NCBI GenBank assembly: GCA_010909165.1
Contig: MU008160.1
Coordinates: forward strand, 1,860,001 to 1,924,000
DNA length: 64,000 nt
From: Anthoceros angustus
Taxonomy: Eukaryota; Plantae; Anthocerotophyta
Direction of reading: 5' to 3'
Shown here in pieces: positions 52,001 through 61,814 of this stretch. The stretch's first letter is position 1. Each line of letters starts with the position of its first letter. The notes beneath the pieces are model-generated. The model saw nothing but the letters and a program-made list of their open reading frames with translations. It had not been told where the DNA came from and did not search any database. Both the position numbers and the translations under genes were made by a program.

Positions 52001-55000
52001 TCTTTGATTGAGGTAGCCACTTCCTTCATTCGCTCCCTACTTTCTTGTCTCGACCTTTGTTCTTCAATCTTCTTTGAGCCCCAACCTTCTCTCCAGTCAA
52101 CTAGGCGCCCTTTGCAGCCATCTCCTTGATAGCCTTGCTATCCTTCTCCCCACCGACAGAGGGTCGCTTGGCCCCGACGGCCTCTCACCTCCAACTCCTC
52201 TACTTCTGTAAGGCTTGCTTCACTAATGGAGTGTCAATTAGGCGTGCGGATGGTGACATCCTTCAAAGCCTTTGTCTTCTCATTCCCCTCCACAGGTCGA
52301 CTCACGCCTTTCTCTTGGTGGCGGTCTCTCCACTCGACGCCGATGTTGGGTGGAACTCACTGACTCGGTCATCTCACAGGGTGGGTTACATCCACCACCA
52401 CTGCTCCATGGGGTTGCCTCCTGTACACATGGTGGCAGCCACCTCTTCCTCTTGTGCCTTGTCTCCCCACAGGCGGGCACTTCTCTTCCTTCCACCGTTG
52501 GTCGACCTCCGTTGCTTGCTTAGGAGCTCCTCACGCTCCTTGCTCCATGTGGCTGTCCTCCCTCCAGCTCCTTGAGCTTGGCCTCGATTCTTCATTCTTG
52601 GCTTGCCTCGGCCTCCCAGGGCAGTCTTGATCGTCCCTATTCTCTTCTTCTCGGCTGAAGAATGAAATTTCTTGCTCCTTCCACATCGGAGTCTCCTCAA
52701 TTTTACGGTTGAGGTAGCCACTTCCTTCATTCGCTCCCTACTTTCTTGTCTCGACCTTTGTTCTTCAATCTTGAGCCCCAACCTTCTCTCGGGTCAACTA
52801 GGCCCTTTGCCAGCATCTCTCCTTGATAGCCTTGCTATCCTTCTCCCCACACAGTAGGGCAATCGCTTGCTTGGGCTCTCACCTCCTCCTCTTTCAAATG
52901 GAGTGTGTGAGATGGTGGATCCTTCAAAGCCTTTGTCTTCTCATTCCCCTCACAGGGTCGACTACACGCCTTTCTCTTGGTGGCGGTCTCTCCACTCTGG
53001 CCATCGATGTTGGGTGGAACTCCGTGACTCGGTCATCTCACAGGGTGGGTTACATCCACCACCACTGCTCCATGGGGTTGCCTCCTGTACACATGGTGGC
53101 CGCCACCTCTTCCTCTTGTGCCCTCCCCACAGACAGGCACTTCTCCTTCCTTGGCGTCGGGTGGTCTCATCATCCAAGATCACCACGAGGTGAAGCACTT
53201 GCTCCACCTTGGGTTCCTCCTCTGCCTTCTTCACCTTCTTAGGAGAGGGACCCTGTCATCCCTCGGAGGACCACTTCAAATTTGGTAAGACTCCTCCGGC
53301 TCTTCTTGGTCGATAACCCATGTGCCCCCACAAGCACAAGGTAAGTACTCAAATGGTGCCTCGCCCCTCATTGTCCACAATGTTTGGCCTCGTGACTTGT
53401 CTCGGTGATGCTCATAGGCCCTTGACATGGTTGTCCCCGGTCGGTGAGCTCCTTGCTTGACTTCCACATGAAATGAAAGAATGCCTTCTTGAAGTAGGTG
53501 GTTGACGGTCAAAAACTATCCTTGTAAAAGCTTCCACTTGAGGTCGGCAATCTTATCATCCTCCATTCGCGTCTTGGCGTCTATCCCTCCGATGAGCATC
53601 TTTGAGAGCTTCCTCGGGAAGGTCGACCACCTCTTTCCATCTTCATTCCTCTCGTGAGCCACACCATCACTCTCGGTTTCGGCCTCCCATACACCTTACG
53701 AATGTCTTTGGGCGGTCCATCCCTTGGATCATCACGTTCCTCTCCGTCAGTCTCTGTTTCTCCCTCCGTCGATTCACATGTAGCAAGACTCAACCAATTC
53801 CACATTAGAATAGGCCCAATGCCTATCGTAAACCTTTGGGCGCACATTTTTTGACCTATCGAAAATCCCATAAGTCTGGAGGAGACTTGCGCTGGCTACA
53901 AAATCCTGGCCCCTCCTTCTCGGATCCTTCTCGACTTCTCCTTCCTTGGCCGACGGGTGGTCTCATCATCCAATCACCACCGAGGTGAAGCACTCCTTGC
54001 TCCACCTTGGGTTCCTCCGCCTTCTTCACCTTCTTAGGGAGAGGGACCCTGCATCTCCCCTCGAGGGACCACTTCAAATGGCTGGTAAGATTCCTCCAGC
54101 TCTTCTTCCACAAGAACCCATGTGCCCCCACAAGCACAAGGTAAGTACTCAAATGGCTGCCCCCTCATTATCCACAATGTTTGGCCTCGTTGTCTCTTGA
54201 TGCTCATAGGCCAAGATGGTTGTCCCCAGTCGAGCTCCTTGCACTTCCACATGAAATGAAAGAATGCACTCAAGTAGTGGTTCACGACGGTCAGCCCCAA
54301 AACTATCCTTGTAAAAAGCTTCCACTTGAGGTCGCAATCTTATCTCCCTCCACCCCATTCCGCGTCTTGGCGTCTATCCCTCCGATGAGCATGCCGAGAG
54401 CTTCCTCGTGAAGGTCGCCCACCAACGCTCTTTCCATCTTCATTCCTTCCGTGGAGCCACCCATCACTCTCGGTTCGGCCTCCCATACACCTTTCGAATG
54501 TCCGGATACCCATCCTTCGGACCGTCCGCACGCTCCTCTCCAGTCCTCTGCTTTCTCCCTCCGTCGTGAGCTGTAGCAAGACTCAACCAATTCCACATTA
54601 GAATAGGCCCAATGCCTATCGTGAAACCCATCGAGCTGCACATTTTCGTCCACCGAAAATCCCATAAGTCTCGGAGGAGACTTGTCAAACACAAAAATCT
54701 CGGCCCCTCCTTCCGATCCCTCGGCTTCTCCTTCACACTCTTCTTCTTCTCCTTGTGTGGGCTCGCTCCCTCCTTCTTCTGGGCCTTGCGCACTCCTCCG
54801 GGCATTTGCGTCTTCATCTTCCACGCCTTACGGGCGGTCGATCTTCTCAAAATCCTTCATCATCGGTGATTTTCTCCAAAAATCCTTCCTGCTTTATCGA
54901 TTTTCTCCTCAATTCTTCTAAGTGTTCTCAGTGTCTCCGACAATGCCTCCGTCCTCCGTCCTTGATCCTCGACCAACTCAAATGAGCTAAACACTCCCCT

Positions 55001-56373
55001 CTACTTACATATATAGGGTGAGGAGGATTTTCCACACCCAAAGGCCAAGGACGAAAATTTCCCTGTCCAAAGGCCAAGGACCTTTTCCTTGAGCGTTAGA
55101 ATTCCTCAACCACGAAGGCCAAGGAAGAAATTTCTCCATTGTTCACCAATTGCAAAGCCCAAGGAAGAAAAATCAGCGAGACATGCAAAAATTGACCCGC
55201 CACGTCATGACCCTAACCCGCCTTGTCGTCTTCCGCTTCGAAACCCTCAGAAGGCCAAGGCGCTGATTTCCTCCTCCGGCGCCGATGATTCTCTATATAT
55301 GCTTGCATCGCTCCCTCCTTAGTCTTTATTGCCTCTTCTTCCTCTCAGCCGCATCGCTCGCGCACCACCTCCAACCTCGCGCTCTGAATTTGCGCGCAAC
55401 TCGCGAGGCCTCTCGCGCGTCTTCATCTTCCACCTGACAGATCTTCTCCAAAAATCCTTCCCTGCTGATTTTCTCCTTGAATTCTTCTAAGTGTTCTCAC
55501 CCTCCGACAGCCGCCCGCCGCCCGCCTCCGGCCCTCCTCGACCAACTCAAATGAGCTAAACACTCCCCTCTACTTACATATAGGGTGAGGAGGGATTTTC
55601 CACACCCAAAGGCCAAGGACGAAATTTCCCGTCCAAAGGCCAAGGACCTTTTCCCTTCGACGTTAGAAATTCCTCAACCACCGAAGGCCAAGGAAGAAAT
55701 TCTCCGCTGTTCACCAATTCCCAAAGTCCAAGGAAGAAAAATCAGCAGACATGCAAAAGGGTCAGCCCGCCGCCACGTCGCAGCCCTAACCCGCCGCCGG
55801 TTCGTCTTCCGCCTGTCCGAAACCCTCCGAAGGCCAAGGACAGCGCCCGATTTCCTCCTCCGAGCGCCAAGGATGATTTCTCTATATATGCTTGCATGCG
55901 CTCCCTCCTTGGTGCTGTTGCGCCTCTTCTTCCTCTCGCTACTGCCCGCTCCACGCCACCTCCAACCGCCACTGTCGGAATTTGCGCTGACCACACGAGG
56001 GGCCTCTCTCGCTGCGTCTTCCGGTGGGAAGAACCTTACTCTGCATTTGTCTGGCAGGCGGAGTGACTGCGCCGCCACTAGGCCGGCACCAACCCTCCTT
56101 TTGCGGGTTCGGCCTTCCGAACCTCCCTCGTTAAACTTTCCGGACCTCGTCAGGACCTCAAAATCCTTTCGAGTTGGACCCATTTTGAATCCGTTTTCCT
56201 CCTTTACATCCGTCCAGGGGTGCAAATCTGTCCTTGCTTCTCACTCACTCTTGTTGTCTTCCGTCGATGTCTGTTGGTGAGAAAAAGAAAAAGAAAAATA
56301 AAACCTAACTAATATGAACAAAACTAGAGGCATCCGCCCCTCTTCTAGTGGACCCAAAATTTGGCGTTCCACA
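49087..56373 (-). repeat. 5' LTR of the gypsy element (7287 bp as assembled, internally duplicated)
   Basis: Followed on the minus strand by TTTT and the PBS. Confidence 0.88.
50367..54824 (-). pseudogene. Second copy of the LTR-embedded coding region, in the 5' LTR
   Basis: Same peptides (WAYSNVELVESCY, EMQVHLHARVNKFAKEMRS, AMPTPKKK*). Confidence 0.65.
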
Positions 56374-57218
56374 AGATTGCAGACGAGAGCAAACGGTAAG
56401 GTTTCGGATTTTAGCGACAATGCATTGTGTCATCTTCCTCTTAGCAATGTTGACGCATAACCCTTTTTTATGTAATGTACATTACATTTTGCGGCTGCCC
56501 AAGTAGGAAGAGCTTTCATGTTACGTATGCGGAGATTCACGATCATCTTTGAGCACAGGAGGTTATGTAAGACAGTCGCTCACCACCAAGATGAGGATGA
56601 CCCACCGGCACGAAGGGAGTGAATTGGGTCGAAGATGAGGATGATGGGCGATTCGGATGTTCTTGGTCATTCGGATGATGATTTGGAAGAGTCTATACAG
56701 GGCGAAGGGATGCGAGATATCTTTTCGACTACGATATGCAGGCGATCCATGGAGGTCGGTATGATCCTCATCGAGGAGGCGCCGGGCGCCTCCAAAGGTG
56801 TCGGGACATGGTGACACCTAATCCGTGGTTTGTCCAGTTCCCAAATGTTGGGTTGGGCGCCGGCCGGCGCCCTCAGCCTCGGCGGGCCCAAGCGGTGAGC
56901 TGCCCCACGGCTGTGAGCGGCGATGAAGGGGCGGCGCCGGCCGGCGGCGCCTCCAGTGAGCGTTGTCTTGGGAAGCGGGCGATCCGGATCAGGTGGGGTC
57001 GCGGTGAGGAGATGAACAGAGGCAGGGAAAAGGAGAAGAGGCGGAAAGGCGCACGGCGATGGGCGGTGTCTTGACATCCGACGGTTCATGTCGACGGACG
57101 AGGAGACTAGAGACGCTATCCGGATGAGGACCGGCCGCATCGGGGGAATGCCCTCAAGAAGGTTGCGAGATAGTTCTTGTGAAGTTGGAGAATTTCGTCT
57201 GCGTCGCACCTAACGGCT

Positions 57219-57580
57219 CAAATAAGAAGGGTGGACGAAGCATGGACAAACTATTTGGCACGGGTGATATCGAAAGGAAGAATTGAAGAAGGAGTTTTAC
57301 CCCTGCTGTGCATGATTGATCCGACGGAATGCTCTGAGCTCGCCACTCTAGACTGGAAGAAATTCAGGGCAAAGACATATGTCATGGGTGTCCTGGGTTG
57401 TAACCACATATATGCAGCAATGAAACATTTGGCAGACATCTCACCTGGGAAAAAACGCTTCCAATATGTGGAGGCACATGTGTACTGTGGCCTCACTGTG
57501 CAGGAGATGAGAGTACTCGCCACCGATCACAACATTATGTCGGACAAGCGGAGGAAGATGTCTTTTATAGAGCAAGTCGA
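57219..57580 (+). CDS. ParB/Srx-like domain of the cargo gene
   Basis: QIRRVDEAWTNYLARVISKG...LPLLCMID...MGVLGCNHIYAAMKHL...VEAHVYCGLTVQEMRVLATDHN...RRKMSFIEQ follows the ParB pattern R..L..SI..G..P..V....IxGxxRxxA....V.....A..EN..R..L..IE. Recognised by eye only. Confidence 0.62.
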
Positions 57581-58569
57581 CCTCGGGGATGAACTATTGA
57601 TTTGGCGAAGGGGTTCAAATGGCGATGACTTGGAAATTCAACTTATACAAGGTTAGGACTTATTGAGGATGATGAGGCCCGTAACGACGATACAAACAAA
57701 ACAAGGTGGACAACAGACTCATATCTTATGCATAGCGAAGCGAGGGCAAAGTGTGGGAGAATAGACAAGATCTTCTCAAAGTGGGAAGTCTGTGACCTGC
57801 CAGAGGCGGAAGAGGCACGCGTGGGCACAAACAAGAAGGAAAAGGAAGCGAAGGTGAAGAGTCGAAGAAAGTGGATGCAACGTATGTAAAGCCGAAGACA
57901 TGTTGGCGAAGCCACGAAGTCGTTCAAGGTATTCCAGTGGTGATTGTGGGCAGCATTCTCTCATTTCCGAGAAGGTTTTGGCGTGGCCTAATAGATTTGA
58001 AAGGGATGGATGACGACATTACCTTGCGAAGAAATTCCACGTCATCCAAGTTGCTATGGCCAAACACTTGGGATGCTCATCGTTCGAGGAAGTCCGCTAG
58101 AATATCCACATCACTCACGACAAAATGCTTGCCGGTTTGCACTCAATTCGCGGAAAGGTATGTGTCGGTTGTGTTTTGTGTTTTCCTCCGTATGCAAATG
58201 TTTGAGAATGGGAATGGTAGGGTGGGGAGGGCGTGGCCGGCCTCCCCCACCTCCTTCCCACAAATGAGAATGGCGGTCGCTCCTAACCCCTTGGGTTGTG
58301 GAGTGGGGGTGGCGGGCCGGCCACGCTGAGCATGGGACGTCGTTCTAATGCCTTTTTGTTGGCGGCGAAGGATGTGGACAACCTCACAAAACTACGATTT
58401 CCAACATTTATATTGAGTGAACAATTGGAAGGGCTTGAAAATGAGCAAAGAGATTTGGCCGACAAAGATCAGCCGGGCTTTTGTATTCAATGTCCCCAAA
58501 ACATATAACAGTTCGATCAAGTCGAGAAAGCGAAATGTGGATATGCGGGGTTATTTGAGAGGACGAAAC

Positions 58570-59168
58570 TATGCCATTGATCATGGATGTCCCCGAGGTT
58601 TTGATATAGGATCTATGGACAAAAGGATGGACATCACAAGTATGAATCTGATGTTCCGAGCTTCGAGAAAACTACATGCGAAGAGTTCCGGATTATCGTT
58701 ATGCATGGTGTGGAGGAAGCTCATATAGTGAGAGAGTCTATGAGGAAGTGGTGCAGGAAAGGAGGCATGGTTTCATTTGTATGGGACAAGACAAACATGA
58801 GCAATGACAAAGGAGGGTTTGAAACCGTGGAGTACGTGACTGTAGGGTGGTGTGTGAAGGACGGGTGTTCCAAGGATAGGGCCACGATGATGCCGAATGC
58901 CATGGATGGAATGTTTAACAATGGGAGGTCGGTCATAGCATATGACACTGTGGTGAAAAAGCAGGTTTACCTCTCTAACGACAAGCTGGTGGTATGCCCG
59001 TACCAAAGGCCTCTGGGCCTTATGATGAAGCTCATAAAGACATTTTCGAAGGAAGGGGACTGGGTGCTTGATGCATGCTCTGGAAGCGGAGCGACCATTT
59101 TGGCAGCCTTGCTTTGTGGCGTCCATGTCGCCATAGGCGGACTTGAGGTGTGCGAGCTATATTCATAG
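58570..59168 (+). CDS. Beta-class amino-methyltransferase domain (N6_N4_Mtase-like)
   Basis: FVWDKTN (IIWxK motif), ETVEYVTVGW, then CPYQRPLGLMMKLIKTFSKEGDWVLDACSGSGATILAALLCG. The latter matches HPxQKPxxLxxxLIxxxSxxGDxVLDPFxGSGTTxxAAxxxG. A motif-IV-like LIMDVP lies upstream in an overlapping frame (DVP at 58586-58594). Confidence 0.85.
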
Positions 59169-60000
59169 CGCATCCATGGGCACGAGGTCTACAGGGCCAA
59201 AGAAGAGCTCACTTCGAGCCTCATCGGAGGCCCCTCCCAGTTTTGGGCGAAGGAAGTATGCATCAGTGAGAAGGATGGTTTAAAGGCTCAGGTGGTTCCC
59301 TTCACTGCGAAACGAATGATGAGAACAACTGGAGAGCTTTTAGACGTGGGACAGCAGACTTTGAATGTTGTTTGGGAGCACTCTAGTGGGGGAGCGGAGT
59401 CCAAGGGTGACGGAGACGAGTGCGACAGAGCCTAGAAAACGACAGTTTCGACGAGGAGGAGATGGAGCAGGCGCAATGTCGTTGGATTCGATGTCGGCTC
59501 GAGCGGATGAGTCGCGGCCACCGTCACATTTCTCCGATTTAGAGTAGGAATGTTGAAACTATAGGTCCTACTTAGGATGCATCAAGTTTTCTTGTTGTAC
59601 AATCAGCCAGCCAGTGGTTCGGGACATTGAAGTCCATGGCTTTGGATATTGAAATGGACCTGACAGGGGGCCGGCCGGCCGGCGCCCTAACAGAACAATG
59701 AAATGAAAACTATGTTCATGGCATGTCGTGTGCCACTGTATGAAGTTCTGAATTTCCCCGCTGTTTTCAATATAATGTCGAGGCGGTTTCGAGCAGGTGC
59801 ATATGCAAGAGGTCCGACCCCAAACGAAGAGGGTTTGTATATTCACCCCCTTGCAAAATTAGATGCATGCCATGCATCTACTGACAGGCTGAAAACTGAA
59901 AAGACAGCAGATACCAAAAGACATACAACTAAGCAACAAAACGGCGAAATACATGAGGAACCGCGTTAAACCAAGCCCGTGACCGCACAGAGGAGCAACG

Positions 60001-60416
60001 CCTTGACCTTTAATCTAACATAGACCTTGGCCTTCAGTGCCGGAAAACACCTTGAACTTCGAACTAGGCACCACACTTGGAGCAACAGCACCTTGCCCTT
60101 CGGACAGAGAGACACCCTTGGCCTTCGGAACAGAACATTCGAAAAAGAGCAACAAAACAACCTTGGCCTTCAAAACAGAGCATGAGATTAACCTTGGCCT
60201 TCGAACAAAAGCTGGAGAAAGGCCTTAGCCTTCGGAGCAGACCCTGAAAGAACCTTGGCCTTCGAAAAAGACTGGACAAAGGCCTTAGCCTTCCGAGCAC
60301 AGCATGAAAGAACCTTGACCTTCGAAAACAAAAGACTGGACAAAGCACTATGCCTTCGGAGCAGAGCGCGGCACCTTGGCCTTCGAAATACAGCATAAAA
60401 AAAGACCTTGGGCTTT
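60001..60416 (+). repeat. Array of ~14 CCTTGGCCTTC-like motifs at ~30-bp spacing (partly a 61-bp super-period)
   Basis: Read directly; followed by TTTATATAGG at ~60427 and the telo-box-like AAACCCTAG at ~60442. Confidence 0.85.
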
Positions 60417-61814
60417 GGACAAGCCGTTTATATAGGCGAGCAAACCCTAGTCGTTCTCGCTCTGTCGGCGCCGCCATTCTCTCTCTACCAAACCACATTT
60501 GAATTTACCAAACCTAAAATACTGAGCCGAACTCCAAACCTACCTAGGTTCGTGATTCGTTTGCCGCCGCCGCCCTCCTCACCCAAACCTAGTTTCCTAG
60601 TTCCAAACCTAGCCTACCTCCACCAAACTTAATCTCTGAACCCCAAAGTGGCAGGGTGTAACACGAACCTGCCGCCCAATCCCAAGCTGCCACGCACACA
60701 CCAGCCGCGAACCATCTAGAACCCTAAAACTTCAGTACTTAAGCAACTTTCACCCTAAACTAATCGCGCGCCACCGCCCACCAAGCCGCCAGGCTCTCAC
60801 TCTGCTTTTGTGGCTAGCATTTTTGAGAGGTTGGCGCTGGACCACCTGCAGCTCGAGCAAATTCTGACAACGCCGCCAGGCTCTTACTGCATCTTCATCC
60901 CTGGCATCCTCTGGGAGGTTCTTGCATCCTCAGCGACGCTCTCTTTACGTTCAGAGTTGCAACTGCCCACCACGCCAGCAGTGATCATGTGTTTCAGCTG
61001 AAGAGATTACATTCTGGCGGAAGAGTTCTTGGTGCGACTAGCAAAAAAGGTTTGAGAGTGCAAGTTCTTGGTAGATGTGCAATCGCGTGGGTGACAACTA
61101 AGTTTTGACCCCTGTCATGTCTACAAACAGTCTTGTCTACCTTCTTATGTTGCTCACCTTTTATGTCTATGGCTTGTTGACCGCAGAAGGCCATCACCAA
61201 GGAGGTGCTATGCTCTGCCAGGTCCGTTTCAGAAACAAAACACCTGTTTTCTTTTTGTTTCAAGTAATTTGCATGTGTAGGCTCTTGCACTCGATCTGTT
61301 GTTGTCCAAGGGTCTGTAGAAACGTGATACGTTGGTTTGTTGCTATCTGTATGCGTATGCTTTCGCCAAACGGCATGTGCAGTGGTTCCTCTGCCATGTC
61401 TACTAGTTTGTTATCACTGTAAAGCTTCTTCAGCTTTGGTCAAAAGCCACTAATCAAGAAACGTCCTTATGAGTCTGGCTGCCTTTGCAGAATAAGTAAT
61501 AGCCCATGAATGATTTTGATAATCTGCCTACCCTATACAATCGATCGCCGATCTCTTCAGGCAAAGACTAGTGGTCGCTCAAAGATCCAAATACCGCGAC
61601 GCACTTCAACAAAAGCAAGGTAATGTGCAAAAAGGTTCAAAGAAATTGCTGCCGCCCTCCCGATGGAAATCGATCCGACCGTGTAGGCAAAGCTTGATGT
61701 AAAATTCAGCAAGTCGCTTGGTCATCTCCACTAAGTTCGTCAAGCCTGAGGGCGCGCCCATCGGCATCGCCGCGTTATCCCTGACACCTGCAAGAACCTT
61801 ATGTTCTGTTTACA

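Larger units (their letters stand above)
32938..56373 (-). mobile_element. Ty3/gypsy LTR retrotransposon, 23.4 kb, non-chromoviral (Athila/Tat-like), TSD AGATT
   Basis: Both LTRs read TGTGG...CCACA. TSD at 32933-32937 and 56374-56378, PBS TGGCGCTGTCGG (49082-49071), PPT GGAAGGGGGCA (40040-40030). Order is gag-PR-RT-RH-INT, ending in a GPY motif with no chromodomain seen. Confidence 0.93.
22959..59547 (+). pseudogene. ParB-like + beta-class N4-C/N6-A DNA methyltransferase gene, interrupted by copia B and gypsy (own sequence 22959-23403, 32666-32937, 56379-59547)
   Basis: ATG at 22959 (MAMGRRSKKG...). After TSD-guided removal of both inserts there is a stop-free 131-codon exon ending at the donor ACG|GTAAG (56395). 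Downstream ParB-like and MTase motifs follow, with many frameshifts in the 3' part. Confidence 0.72.
19030..59600. mobile_element. Putative DNA transposon carrying a ParB-like/DNA methyltransferase gene; ends not defined; ~8 kb once the two nested LTR elements are removed
   Basis: Transposase and cargo gene lie head-to-head and follow directly on a truncated copia remnant. No TIR or TSD was found, so the boundaries are approximate. Confidence 0.5.

Noticed and set aside
57200-59200. Bacterial or phage contamination as the source of the ParB/MTase sequence
   Set aside because: The gene is contiguous with spliceosomal GT-AG introns and is interrupted by plant LTR elements with perfect TSDs.
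60001-60416. CRISPR-like repeat/spacer pattern
   Set aside because: The repeat is only 11 bp and degenerate, the spacers are partly repeated, and there are no cas genes.
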